Below are positions 12,215 to 23,200 of a stretch of DNA of 64,000 nucleotides, piece after piece; the first letter of the stretch is position 1; each line of letters opens with the position of its first letter. The notes under the pieces were generated by a model, which did no database searches, had not been told where the DNA came from, and saw only the letters and a list, made by a program, of their open reading frames with translations. The DNA comes from Bradymonadia bacterium (GTDB taxonomy: Bacteria > Myxococcota_A > Bradymonadia > UBA7976 > UBA1532), in the NCBI GenBank assembly GCA_046290225.1, contig JBKAGE010000070.1:32001-96000 (forward strand), read 5' to 3'. The translations under genes were made by a program, and so were the position numbers.

Positions 12215-13687
12215 ATGAAGGGGAATGACATGGGAAGACAACGCACCGAGCGCCTGCTGATGTGGGCCCTTCGAACCACAGTTGTGTTGTCCTTGACGGG
12301 CACCGGTTGTGACGACGAGTCGAGTGACACAACACCTGTCGACATGGGCACGCCCCCTGACTCGGCGACTGTCGACCAGGGGCCTGACCCCAGTGACATG
12401 GGAGCCGATTCTGACGCTGCGTTCGACGAGTCTGACGCGTCGCCGTGGCGCAGCATCGAGGCCGCCAACACCTTGCCTGCAGCTCACCCCCTCGCCGAGG
12501 GGCAACATCGGTTCCTGTATGACACCTTCGGCGTCGAGCTGTACGACGACTGGCCTCCCACCGAGTTCCTCTTGCAGCTCATGGAAGACGAGCCCGAGAT
12601 CTTCGGCGATCAGTTCAGCAGCTTCGGGTTTATCCCTGATCCCGATGATGACCTCCCTGTGGGCTTCAAGCGCGGCGTCACCGATCCGGAGCGGGTCCAT
12701 CACACGTGCGCCGTGTGTCACGTAGGCGCGCTGCCCGATGGCCGACTCTGGCTCGGCGCCCCCAATGGCGCCCTCGACTTCGGTCGATTCAGAGTGGAGG
12801 TCGACCGTCGATGGGTCGCCGCAGGCAACCCCACCACACTCGGCGAGGGCATACCCGAGAAGTTTCTGGCCCTCGGACCTGGCCGCACCAACGCAGCGAG
12901 CAACGATTTCCGGGAAGTGGTGCCAGCGGATTACCCCCCGTACTTCAGGCTCGGCGAGCTCAGCCATTTGAACTACCTGGGCACCGGCCGAAACACCCAG
13001 ACCGAGGTCTACCTGTCGATCTACACCTTCGGCGCCGGCGCCCCCGACGACGAGGAGGCGCCGACGCCGTTTCCCGAAGCAGAGCGCGCCGCAGCGCTCG
13101 TGGACTTCATGGCGCAGATCGAGCCCCCGGCCCCGCCAGCGGAGATGCTCGCCGACGACGACACCATCGCCCGTGGTCGTACGGTGTTCGAAGAGGCTGG
13201 TTGTGGGCTGTGCCATCACCCCGATGACGTGGGTGAGAATGGCGTGACCCCCATCGACAAGGCTGAGAACGGCCGTGACCGCCTGCCTGGAGAAGATGCA
13301 GAGTGGCCCGAGGGCTCTATCCACACCAGCCCGCTGCACCGCGTGCTCATCGATGGTGATGGTGAAGGCGGTGGAGGTGTAGACGAGGGCCGCCTAGCGT
13401 TGATCCGGTTCATCGGACGTCATCGCCTGCGCACTTTGCCCACGGATGGCTATCGCGTGACGCCGCTGCAGGGGCTGTGGGCCACGGCGCCCTACCTGCA
13501 CAATGGCAGCGTGCCCACATTGGAAGATGTGTTGAAGCCCGTCTCAGATCGCCCGACCACGTTCGATCGCAGTGGCTTCACCATCGACACCTCACTGCCA
13601 CCCAACAGCAACCGGGGCCATGCCTTTGGTGTCGACCTCTCTGCTGAGGACAAGGCCGCACTGGTTGCTTATTTGATGTCGCTGTAG
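12215..13687 (+). CDS. Dihaem c-type cytochrome lipoprotein (RoxA/MauG/cytochrome c peroxidase superfamily-like)
   Basis: Lipobox-like LTGTGC; CAVCH and CGLCH; YRVTPLQGLWATAPYLHNGSVPTLEDVL and SNRGHAFG motifs. Confidence 0.8.
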   Translation: MKGNDMGRQRTERLLMWALRTTVVLSLTGTGCDDESSDTTPVDMGTPPDSATVDQGPDPSDMGADSDAAFDESDASPWRSIEAANTLPAAHPLAEGQHRFLYDTFGVELYDDWPPTEFLLQLMEDEPEIFGDQFSSFGFIPDPDDDLPVGFKRGVTDPERVHHTCAVCHVGALPDGRLWLGAPNGALDFGRFRVEVDRRWVAAGNPTTLGEGIPEKFLALGPGRTNAASNDFREVVPADYPPYFRLGELSHLNYLGTGRNTQTEVYLSIYTFGAGAPDDEEAPTPFPEAERAAALVDFMAQIEPPAPPAEMLADDDTIARGRTVFEEAGCGLCHHPDDVGENGVTPIDKAENGRDRLPGEDAEWPEGSIHTSPLHRVLIDGDGEGGGGVDEGRLALIRFIGRHRLRTLPTDGYRVTPLQGLWATAPYLHNGSVPTLEDVLKPVSDRPTTFDRSGFTIDTSLPPNSNRGHAFGVDLSAEDKAALVAYLMSL

Positions 13688-13860
13688 CGAGGGCTCAGCG
13701 CCCTTCACAGACACCAGCGATGCACCGAGAATCAAACACACATTTCTCCATCACACACCTGCCCCCACATATTAAGTCATTTGTCGAAACACCTTGCCGT
13801 TCAGATTGCATCTGACAGGGCGCTTCGCCCATATTGGTCCGAACACCTCGTGCTTCGGGA

Positions 13861-14289
13861 ATGTTCATGCACCACCCTCCCCATATTCTGCTCATCGACG
13901 ACGATGATGTAGACGTGATGATCTTCAAACGGGCGCTCAAGCGCTCAGGCATCGAGCACACGCTCAGCGTCGCCTACGATGGAGATGAGGCTTTGGAGCA
14001 GCTGCGAGGCGAGGCATCTGGCAAGCCACTTCAACCCGATGTCATCTTGATGGACGTGAACATGCCACGGATGAACGGGCACGAATGTTTGAGCGCACTT
14101 CGAGCGGATCCTCGGCTCAAGCGCAACGTCGTCTTCATGTTCACCACATCCTCCGACCGCAATGACGTGGAGCGCGCCTTCGATCACAATGTGGCGGGTT
14201 TCATCACCAAGACCGGGCAGGCAGAGCAGTGCGTTCAGATCGCCCAGATGGTCGACCAGTACGCTCAACTCACCCTCTCTCCTTATTGA
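13861..14289 (+). CDS. Single-domain response regulator (Rcp1/CheY-like)
   Basis: ILLIDDDDVD, PDVILMDVNMPRMNG (phospho-Asp), FTTS, FITK. Confidence 0.92.
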   Translation: MFMHHPPHILLIDDDDVDVMIFKRALKRSGIEHTLSVAYDGDEALEQLRGEASGKPLQPDVILMDVNMPRMNGHECLSALRADPRLKRNVVFMFTTSSDRNDVERAFDHNVAGFITKTGQAEQCVQIAQMVDQYAQLTLSPY

Positions 14290-14388
14290 GGATCCCTCGA
14301 ACAACGCCCTTCTCTGAATCACGGCTTCTGCTATTTTCCTCGCCGCCGCGTCCAGTATGGGCGCACTTCGGCCCAGGAGCCCCGGACC

Positions 14389-15327
14389 GTGTTTTTCGAA
14401 GGCCCAGAGAAGAAGGTGGAGCTGGTCTCCACTGGAGAGGTCGTCCTCAGAGATCTCGGTGAAGACTGGTGGCGGGCAGTGGCCCTCGCCGCCGGCGCTC
14501 AGATCCTGTCGGTGATTCGCAGCGACGCCTGTGACGCCTACCTGCTCAGCGAGAGCAGCCTCTTTGTGTACGACCACCGCGTGATCATGCTCACCTGTGG
14601 CCAGACCACTCTGGCCCGGGCTGTGGAGATGATGGTGGATCGCCTCGGCGACGCTCAGGTGGCCATGCTGATCTACGAGCGCAAGAACGAGCACTTCCCC
14701 GAGCTGCAGCACACCGGGTTCCTCGACGACGCCCGGGACATTCACCGCCTGCTGCCCGGAGTGGCCATGCGCTTCGGTGATCCCGACAGCCACAGGTTGA
14801 TGCTGTTTCACGCCGCTCGGCCCTATACACCTGCTGACGACGACGTCACCCTCGAGGTGCTGATGCACGGCATCAGCGACGAAGCCGCTCGGCGATTCCA
14901 CGCCCGACCCGGCGAGCGCGTTGATGGCGTCGCGGCCCGTACGGGCATCGCCGAGCTGCTGCCGGGCTTCACCCTCGACGAGCACCTCTTCGAGCCCGCC
15001 GGGTATTCGATGAATGCCCTGCGAGGGGCCGACTACGCGACGATTCACGTGACCCCCGAGGCCATCGGCTCGTATGTCAGCTTCGAGACCAACGTCGACT
15101 ACGGCGCCTCACCTGAGGCGATGGTGAAGCGCGTCGTGGAGATCTTCGAACCGGCGGCCTTCGACGTCATCACTTTCTCGACGCGGGCGGCGCCGGCGCT
15201 GTCGCTGCAAGACTTCACCCTCGTCAACCACGTGGAGCAGGCCATCGCCTGCGGATACAACGTGGGCTTCCGTCATTATCACCGCCCTTCAATGTCGCCT
15301 CGGCGAGCCTTCACGCTCCCGCTGTAG
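14389..15327 (+). CDS. speD: S-adenosylmethionine decarboxylase proenzyme, eukaryote-like (two-domain) type
   Basis: FFEGPEKKVE, DAYLLSESSLFV (E-S self-cleavage/pyruvoyl site), LTCGQTT, FEPAGYSMN, TIHVTPE...SYVSFET; GTG start after AGGAG. Confidence 0.88.
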   Translation: MFFEGPEKKVELVSTGEVVLRDLGEDWWRAVALAAGAQILSVIRSDACDAYLLSESSLFVYDHRVIMLTCGQTTLARAVEMMVDRLGDAQVAMLIYERKNEHFPELQHTGFLDDARDIHRLLPGVAMRFGDPDSHRLMLFHAARPYTPADDDVTLEVLMHGISDEAARRFHARPGERVDGVAARTGIAELLPGFTLDEHLFEPAGYSMNALRGADYATIHVTPEAIGSYVSFETNVDYGASPEAMVKRVVEIFEPAAFDVITFSTRAAPALSLQDFTLVNHVEQAIACGYNVGFRHYHRPSMSPRRAFTLPL

Positions 15328-15361
15328 ACGACACCGTCACCCACCTCCAGGAGCGCTCTTC

Positions 15362-16765
15362 ATGCGAACGCCTCTCCCTCGTGCTCACCTCCAACGGGCT
15401 CGACGCCGCCCGCCCTGCCATTGGGTGCTGGCGCTCGCCGGGCTCTTGCTGGCTCTGGCGCCCGCCTCGGCGCAGGAGCGCATCCTGCCCTTCGCCCACA
15501 CCCTCGATCGCCTCGACAACGGGCTGACGGTGGTGACGGTGCCCACGAACGCCAAGGGCATCATCGCCTACTACTCGGTGGTGCGGACCGGCTCGATGGA
15601 CGAGGTCGAAGAGGGCAAGACCGGCTTCGCCCACTTCTTTGAGCACATGATGTTCCGGGGCACCGAGAAGTACGATCCCAAGGCGTACAGCGCCGTACTC
15701 CAGGGCCACGGCGCCGACGCCAACGCCTACACCACCTCGGATTACACCGCGTATTACATCGTGGCCCCGAAGTCGGCCCTCGACGACATCATCGATCTCG
15801 AGTCCGACCGGTTCATGCACTTGAAGTACAAAGAAGACGACTTCAAGACCGAGGCCGGCGCCGTGCTCGGTGAGTACAACAAGGCCTACCACAGCCCCCG
15901 CATGAAGATGTGGGAGGCCATCTCGGAGACGGCCTTCGACGCCCACACCTACAAGCACACCACCATCGGCTACCTCGACGACATCAAGGCCATGCCCGAG
16001 GGCTTCGAGTACTCGCTCAACTTCTTCAAGCGCCACTACACGCCCGACAACACCACCCTCATCGTCGCCGGCGACATCGATCGCGACACCCTATTGCCCA
16101 AGGTGAAGGCGGCCTACGATGTCTGGAAGGGCACCCACGACGCCCCGAAGGTCACCGCGGAGCCTGCGCAGGCAGAGCCGAAGAAGCGTCACCTGAGCTG
16201 GCCTCGGGCCACGGCGCCGCTGATCACCGTGGCCTGGAAGACCCCGGCGTTCTCCACCGCCAGCACCGACACCGCCGCCCTCGAGGTGGCCGCGGCGCTG
16301 CTCTTCGGCGAGACCAGCCCGCTGTATCAAGATCTGGTGCTCAAGGAGCAGCTGGCAGTGTCGCTGAGCCACTCCGGCGACTGGCACCACCGGGATCCGC
16401 ACCTGCTCATGGTGCAGGTGCGCCTCAAAGACCCGGCGGCCATCGACGGGATCGTCGAGCGCATTCAGGCCGAGGCGACGAAGCTCGCCGAGGGGCAGGT
16501 CGACGCCGAGCGCCTGGCTTCGGTGAAGTCCCACACCCGCTATGGGCAGCTGATGGGCCTCGAAACCCCCAATCAAATCGCCCAGCACCTCGCCGCCATC
16601 TTCGGCGTCGCCGGTGACGTGGCCGCCGCCGAGGGCCACCTTGCGCAAATCGCCAAGGTGCAGGCTGCAGATCTACAGCGCGTGGCGTCGACCTACCTGG
16701 TGCCCAAGGGCAGCACGGTGATCACGCTGTCCCACACCCCCGAGGCCGAGGAGGCGAGCAAATGA
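15362..16765 (+). CDS. M16-family zinc peptidase, catalytic subunit
   Basis: RLDNGLTV, GKTGFAHFFEHMMFRGT (HxxEH), NAYTTSDYTAYY; signal peptide. Confidence 0.93.
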   Translation: MRTPLPRAHLQRARRRPPCHWVLALAGLLLALAPASAQERILPFAHTLDRLDNGLTVVTVPTNAKGIIAYYSVVRTGSMDEVEEGKTGFAHFFEHMMFRGTEKYDPKAYSAVLQGHGADANAYTTSDYTAYYIVAPKSALDDIIDLESDRFMHLKYKEDDFKTEAGAVLGEYNKAYHSPRMKMWEAISETAFDAHTYKHTTIGYLDDIKAMPEGFEYSLNFFKRHYTPDNTTLIVAGDIDRDTLLPKVKAAYDVWKGTHDAPKVTAEPAQAEPKKRHLSWPRATAPLITVAWKTPAFSTASTDTAALEVAAALLFGETSPLYQDLVLKEQLAVSLSHSGDWHHRDPHLLMVQVRLKDPAAIDGIVERIQAEATKLAEGQVDAERLASVKSHTRYGQLMGLETPNQIAQHLAAIFGVAGDVAAAEGHLAQIAKVQAADLQRVASTYLVPKGSTVITLSHTPEAEEASK

Positions 16766-18360
16766 AGATGCACATGATCCCCTCGAGCCTGTTGCTGTTG
16801 GCGGCGCTCTCTCCCCTCGCAGGGTGTGGTGGCGCCCAGACCGAGACCCCTGTGGAGACCCCTGCCCCGACGCCGCCTCCACCGCCTGCCTACGATGGTC
16901 CGCCCCTGGTGCACCAACAGTCGGAGAGCCCCATCGTGGAGTTCCGCCTGGTCTTCGATGCGGGCTCGATCTACGACCCGCCGGGCAAAGAGGGCTTGAG
17001 CAACCTCACCGCGGCCCTGGTGGCTGAGGGTGGCATCGCCGCTGCCGCCGACGGCTCTGGTGAGCTGACCTACGACGCTCTGCTCAAGCGCTTGCATCCC
17101 TGGGCGGCGCAGCTCGGTGTGCAGGTCGACAAATCACAGGTGGTCTTCGTGGGCCGCTGCCACACGGATCACCTGGAAGCCTTCAGCGACTTGCTGATGC
17201 AGGTGATGACGCGGCCCCGCCTCGGCGCGGAAGACTTCGAACGCCTGAAGCAGCAAGCATTGCAGCGCCTAGTGAAGCAGGTGCGCACGGCAAACGACGA
17301 AGAGCTGTCGAAGCTGGTGCTCGAGCAGGTGCTCTTCGAGGTGGCTGCCCCGGCCTATGCCCACCCTGCCCTGGGCACCGAGGCGGGCCTCAACGCCATC
17401 ACCCTCGACGACGTAAAGGCCCACCGTAGTCAGTGGCTCTCAGCGCCCCGCCTCACCGTAGGCCTCGCCGGCGGCATCGACGAAGCGAAAGCGCAGGCCT
17501 TCGCCAAGGGCCTCGCCACAGGACTCGGTGAGCCGGCGAAGCCCCTCACGGTGACCCGCGAGGCACCCACTCAAACCCGGCCGGTGAAGATGGTCATCGT
17601 CGAGCAGCCCGATGCTCAGGCGGCGGCGATCAGCATCGGCCATCGCCTGCCCCTGAACCGCGCCCACGACGACTTCCCCGCCCTGGCCCTCATGGCGAGC
17701 TACTTCGGCGAGCACCGTCAGTTCCATGGGGTGTTGTTCCAGCGTATGCGTGAAGCCCGGGGCATGAACTACGGTGACTACGCCTACGTCGAGGCCTTCC
17801 GCCAGGAGGGTTGGGGCCGCTTCCCGCTGACGAACACGGCCCGTAACCAGCAGCACTTCAGCCTCTGGATTCGTCCGGTGCCGGTGGTGGACGCCCACTT
17901 TGCTACCCGCATTGCCCTCTGGCACCTCAAGAAGATGCTCAAAGAGGGGATCCCCGAGAAGGACTTCGAGGCCACCCGAGGCTTCTTGAGCGGGTATGAG
18001 TATCTGAAGCAGCAGACGAACATGCGCCGCCTGGGCTACGCCCTGGACGATCGCTTCTACGGCCTCGACACCCCTCACGCGGATCGCATGCGGGACATGT
18101 GGGCATCGATGAGCGCCGCTGACGTGAACGCCGCGGTGAACCGCCACATCAACCCCAAAGATCTGGTCATCGTGATCGTCACGAAAGACGCGAAGGCGCT
18201 GGCTCAGAAGATGGCGGCGAACACCGCGAGCCCGAAAGAGTACACCTCGCCCAAGCCGGAAGAAGTCCTCGCCGAGGATAAGATCATCGAGGCGTTCCCC
18301 CTCGACCTGCCCCGCAACCAGATTCGGATCATCAAGTCATCTGAGCTGTTCGCGAAGTAA
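16762..18360 (+). CDS. M16-family peptidase, non-catalytic partner subunit (lipoprotein)
   Basis: LAGC lipobox; FDAGSIYDPPGKEGLSNLTAAL lacks HxxEH; LFQRMREARGMNYG; ATGA overlap with the upstream M16 gene. Confidence 0.88.
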   Translation: MKMHMIPSSLLLLAALSPLAGCGGAQTETPVETPAPTPPPPPAYDGPPLVHQQSESPIVEFRLVFDAGSIYDPPGKEGLSNLTAALVAEGGIAAAADGSGELTYDALLKRLHPWAAQLGVQVDKSQVVFVGRCHTDHLEAFSDLLMQVMTRPRLGAEDFERLKQQALQRLVKQVRTANDEELSKLVLEQVLFEVAAPAYAHPALGTEAGLNAITLDDVKAHRSQWLSAPRLTVGLAGGIDEAKAQAFAKGLATGLGEPAKPLTVTREAPTQTRPVKMVIVEQPDAQAAAISIGHRLPLNRAHDDFPALALMASYFGEHRQFHGVLFQRMREARGMNYGDYAYVEAFRQEGWGRFPLTNTARNQQHFSLWIRPVPVVDAHFATRIALWHLKKMLKEGIPEKDFEATRGFLSGYEYLKQQTNMRRLGYALDDRFYGLDTPHADRMRDMWASMSAADVNAAVNRHINPKDLVIVIVTKDAKALAQKMAANTASPKEYTSPKPEEVLAEDKIIEAFPLDLPRNQIRIIKSSELFAK

Positions 18361-18397
18361 TCCCCCCTGAGGGGGTGTAGCCAACCGATTGGCAGGA

Positions 18398-18754
18398 TCA
18401 GCCGATCGCCTCGCTGTACTCCGCCTCTTTGAAGCCCACCAGCACCTTCTCGCCCAGCTCCAGAATCGGCCGCTTGATCAGCTTCCCGTCCGCGGCAAGC
18501 GCTGCGTGACAATCTGCCTCGGACATCGTCGGCAGCTTCTCCTTGAAGCCACCGCCGCGGTAGGACTGCCCCGAGGTGTTGAAGAAGCGTTTCACCGGCA
18601 GCCCCGAGCGGCTGTGTAGATCTGCGATGGCCTCCAGTGAGGGTGGCGTCTTCACCAGATCGATGGCCGTGAAGTCCACGTCGTTGGCTTTGAGCCACTT
18701 GATCGCCTTCTTGCAGGTCGAGCAATTTGGGTAATGCCACAGGGTGTAGGACAC
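18398..18754 (-). CDS. ArsC/Spx/MgsR-family protein
   Basis: YPNCSTCKKAIKWL, FFNTSGQSYR, DGKLIKRPIL; in-frame GTG at 18754. Confidence 0.9.
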   Translation of the reverse strand: MSYTLWHYPNCSTCKKAIKWLKANDVDFTAIDLVKTPPSLEAIADLHSRSGLPVKRFFNTSGQSYRGGGFKEKLPTMSEADCHAALAADGKLIKRPILELGEKVLVGFKEAEYSEAIG

Positions 18755-18878
18755 TTGCTGCGCCTTTCGTCGAGTTGAAACCAGAGTTCGAGAAATCACG
18801 GGGGGCATAGCAGAGGGCCATGGGTGGAGCAACCAGCCCGCCAGAGCAACCAGCCCGCCGGAGCGACATCGAGACAGC

Positions 18879-19580
18879 ATGAACACCACACGACACGCAC
18901 TCATCGTCGGCGGCGCCCGGGGCATCGGTCGGGGCCTCGCCAGCAGCCTGCTCGACGACGGCTGGCACGTGACCATCGCCGGCCGCAGCACCCGCGCCGA
19001 AGATCTCGAAGCCCGGGGGGCGAAGTGGCTGCAAGCCGACGTCTCCGACGCCACCGCAGCGCAGAAGCTCGTCGCCGAAGCCGGACCCTTCGACAGCCTC
19101 GTGATCGCAGCGGGCACCTACCATCGGGTGCCGCTGCTGAAAGAGACCCCTGAGGGTTGGCGCAGCATGTTCGCCGACAACCTCGACCCTGTGCTGTTTC
19201 TCGCTCAAGCGGCGATCCCCCAGATGGCCGAGCAGGGCTTCGGGCGTATCTTGACGTTCTCCATCGCCAACGCCGAGCGACTACAGAGCAACCCCTTCAT
19301 CGCCGGTCACTACATCGCCAAAATCGGTGTGCTGGTGCTCACCCGCAGCCTCGCCAAAGTCGCCGGGCCCCAGGGCATCACCGTCAACGCCATCTCACCG
19401 GGCTTCGTCGACTCGGGCACGATCCCCGTGGACGACATGGCCCACATGATCAAACACATCCCCGCCCGGCGACTGGGCACCGTGGACGAGACCGTCGCCG
19501 CGGCGCGCTTTCTGCTCTCAGAAGAGGCGGGATATGTCAGCGGCACCAACGTGGTGGTGTCTGGAGGTTGGGGCCTGTGA
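18879..19580 (+). CDS. Short-chain dehydrogenase/reductase
   Basis: GGARGIG nucleotide-binding motif, YIAK (YxxxK-like), ITVNAISPG, YVSGTNVVVSGG. Confidence 0.9.
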   Translation: MNTTRHALIVGGARGIGRGLASSLLDDGWHVTIAGRSTRAEDLEARGAKWLQADVSDATAAQKLVAEAGPFDSLVIAAGTYHRVPLLKETPEGWRSMFADNLDPVLFLAQAAIPQMAEQGFGRILTFSIANAERLQSNPFIAGHYIAKIGVLVLTRSLAKVAGPQGITVNAISPGFVDSGTIPVDDMAHMIKHIPARRLGTVDETVAAARFLLSEEAGYVSGTNVVVSGGWGL

Positions 19581-20182
19581 GCGTTGACCCCATGAACATC
19601 GATCCCATGAACATCAACTCTGTGCACATTCGTCTGCTCACCCTCGACGATCTCGAAATGGCCGCCGAGCACCTCGAGGTGCACAGCGCCGAGAACGCCG
19701 AGGGCGATCCGTACTTCATGCCGTACGACAGCACCCACCGGATCGAGAAAGAGCCCTACATGGAGAAGCGCCGCCCGCGCTGGTCCGCGGCCCGTGGGGC
19801 CGGTCAGTACTGGGAGCGCATGTGGGGCCTGTTCGTCGATGGGCAGCTCGTGGGCCACGTCGATCTCAACCAGGCGGGCATGGCCACCCAACTGCACCGG
19901 GTGAACCTCGGCGTGGGGCTGCTCAAACCATGGCGGGGTCAGGGGCATGGTCGACGCCTCACCCAGTTCGCCATCGACCAGGCCCGTGCCCTGACCGGCG
20001 TGGACTGGCTCGATCTCGGGGTCTTCGCCGCCAACACCCGGGCGGTGGGTTTGTACCACAGCCTCGGCTTCAAAGAGACAGGCCGAGTCGTCGACGTGTT
20101 CCGCCTCGACGGGATCTCCATCGACGACATCCAGATGACGCTGTGGGTCGGTGATCCACAGGATCCCCGGGCACACCACTGA
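19577..20182 (+). CDS. GNAT-family N-acetyltransferase
   Basis: WRGQGHGRRL acetyl-CoA motif, LGVFAANTRAVGLYHSLGF; GTGA overlap with the SDR stop; N-terminal 15-bp near-duplication (DPMNI x2). Confidence 0.88.
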   Translation: MSVDPMNIDPMNINSVHIRLLTLDDLEMAAEHLEVHSAENAEGDPYFMPYDSTHRIEKEPYMEKRRPRWSAARGAGQYWERMWGLFVDGQLVGHVDLNQAGMATQLHRVNLGVGLLKPWRGQGHGRRLTQFAIDQARALTGVDWLDLGVFAANTRAVGLYHSLGFKETGRVVDVFRLDGISIDDIQMTLWVGDPQDPRAHH

Positions 20183-20297
20183 GGTTGAACATCGCGCCCA
20201 GAGCGGTTGCCCGGGTTTTCTCAGGATCTGTGCAATCAGCGCCGACCCGATGGGGTCCAACGAGGACGGCATGCACGAAATGACAGAGGGAGTACAC

Positions 20298-23200
20298 ATG
20301 CGTACACGGGGGCGCCATCTGGGGGTGGCCAGTACACTCGTGGCCTCGATGGCCATGATCACCATGACTGTTGAAGACAGCACAGCACAGGTGGCGCCTG
20401 CGGCGAGCTGGCCTGCCACGGACGGGGGGCCAGACCGGGCCCGCCTCGCCCAGGGGCCCGCGCGTCTGACCACCCCGGTGATTCGCTGGAGTGTCTCTGT
20501 GGGGGGCCGCCCAGAAGCAGGCCAGGTCCTCGCTGATGATCTCGACGGCGACGGCACCCTCGACCTCGTGGCCATCCGCGGTGGCCGCATCGAGGCGTAC
20601 ACCGCCACGGGGGAAGATCGCTGGCGCACCACCCCTCTGGGGGCCACCCGCCTCGAGGGGCTGTTCGACTTCAACCTCGACGGGCGGCAAGAGCTCCTGG
20701 TGGTGGCGTCGGAGAGCGTGCGCCTGCTCGATGCCCTCAACGGCGAGGTCTTGTGGACCACCCCTGCAGAGCCCTTTACCCGCATCGGGCGGGTCATGGT
20801 GCGGGATCTCGACGGCGACGGGTTCCCCGAGCTGTACGTGGCTGATCGCGCTTGCGGCTCTGGTGGTCGCGGCCCCGGCATCACCTTCGACTTCGCCGAG
20901 GGCCTCTTCTCTCCCCGCACCCGAGCCACCACCGATAACGAAGCCCGGACCTATGTGTGTGGCATTCATCAGTCCTTCGGTGACATCAACGGTGACGGTG
21001 AGCTCGACCTCATCGTGCCCGACAATGCCCAGGTCCACGCCTTCGACCCATTGACCGGTGCCCGAGTGGTGGAGGGGGCAGATCTCGGCCCGCTGCAGTT
21101 CGGCGTGGTGCCCCACGCCACCGCCGACGTGGACGGTGATGGCGATGACGAGGTGGTGGGTTTCATCGACAACGATCCCGAGCCGGACTTCGACGGCCGT
21201 CGCTCAGTGATCCTGCTCGACTTCACCGATGGCCGGCTCCGGCCCCGCTGGGAGGCGCTGTTTCCTGTGGGCGACGTCATCGAGCCGGCCTCTGGCGCGG
21301 TGCTGCCCATCGGCGAAGGCAACGGCCCCGCCATCGTGGTGAACCACTGGTCCGAGCCCGATGGGCAGTGGTTCATCCGCAGCTTCGATCTGCGCAGCGG
21401 CGCTGCCCTGCCCCTGCTCGCCGACCACCGGCTGATGGGTGTGGCGGATCTCGACGGCGACGGGCGCCCGGAGCTCGTGACCCGCACGGGCGATGGCCAG
21501 GCCCCAGAGCGGTTTGGCGACGTGGCCGTGTACGATGCTGATCTCACACCTCTCTTCTCCCGGCCTTCGGCGCGGGTGTTGCCCACTCAGCCGCAGGCCA
21601 CCGACACCGCTCGCACGCGAGAGGCACGTCAGATCCTGGCCATTGCCCGACCGGCGGGGGGTGAAGCGCTGGTGGTGGCCCGAGACGCAGACGACGACAA
21701 CCTGGTCGATCGCATCGAGACCATCGGGGCGGACGGCGGCGCCCTCGGCGCCTTCGATCTCGTGGGCACCCCCGGCGCCTTTACCCGCAGCCGCAGGCCA
21801 CTACTCGATCCCATGACCCCCACAGGCGGTCTCGGCGTCTGGGCCCTCGCCGATGGGCGCCTCGGCGCCTGGAGTGCTGATCTCACCCTCACCAACGCTC
21901 ACCCTGATGGCCCAGAGGATGTGCCTGGGCCCCAGGCGTCTGGTGGCACCCCCCGGGTGGTGGCGGCCGATCCGGCGGGGACGGGCACCCCCCGACCCAT
22001 CGCCGTGGCCAGCGACGGCCGCGTGGTGTCGTTCGAGAGCACGGGCCTCGTGCGCTGGGCCACGGCCCTCAACGCCAGCGGCTCCACCCTCGAGGCCGGG
22101 CAGCTCAACCCCGGCGGTCCTGTGGAGATCGTCGTGGACGACGGCCGAACCCCCTCCGATGCCGCCTATGTGGCCCTCAACGGCCTCAATGGCAACGTGC
22201 TCTGGCGACACAGCCTGCCTGCCGACGAGTACACCGCCCGCCCTCCGGCTCTGGTGGCCGATCTCGATGGTGATGGCGCCGCCGAGGTGGTGCGCTATGA
22301 CGTCCGCATCTCCGATGACGTCCGAGTGATCACCGCCCTCAACGGCAACGACGGCAGCGAGCGCTGGGTCTCCGAGGTGCCGGTGACGGCCCTGGCCCTC
22401 AGCGGTCAGCCCTCGGCACAGACCTTCGAGGGGGAGACCTCTCTGTACTTCCCCGACGCCCTCCAGGTGTACGCCATTTCCGCCGACGGCATCCTCTCTG
22501 GTGCCAGCCGAAGCAATCAGACCGGCGGCGTAGTCCGGCCCACTGGAGGCACACCGCCTTTGATCCGCGCCGAGGGGGCTCGGCCCCTTCTGACCCTGAG
22601 CGAGCCGCGCTTCGAGGTCTGGCAGGCCGACGCCAATGGTGTGCCCAACTCCGCGTGGGTGGGCCGAAACGCCCTGCCCCTCCCAGGCCGGGAGGTATGG
22701 GTGTCGCCTCAGTCCGGTGCCCCCATCGAGCGCCTGCGTCTGAGCGATGGGGTCTCTGTGGGTCAAATCGGCCTCGGCAATGGCGCCGCGCTGCCGCCGC
22801 CCTTCGACGGCATCGAAGATGTCCGCAAGATGACCGCGGTGCCCGACCTGCTCGGTGACGGCGCCCTCGGGGTCTCGGTCACCACCGACGCCGGTCGGCT
22901 CTACGCCGTCACCGCCGAGGGGCTCGTGGGGTGGAGCCGCAGCTTCAACACCGAGCTGAGCGACGTGGCCTGGGCCGACGTGGACGATGACGGCGAAGTC
23001 GAGGCCATCGTGGGCCTCGGCGATGGCACCCTCGCGATGCTCGACCAGGCCCAGGTCGATGCCCCGGAGTCGGTCTGGGACAACAACGGCGAGGGCCCTG
23101 CCGGGAGCGATGCCGACGACATCGACCTGCTCTTCTCCGAAGGCCAGCTCGGCGCTGATTGGACTGAAGTCCCTGGTGCAGATGCCTACGAGATCAGGCT

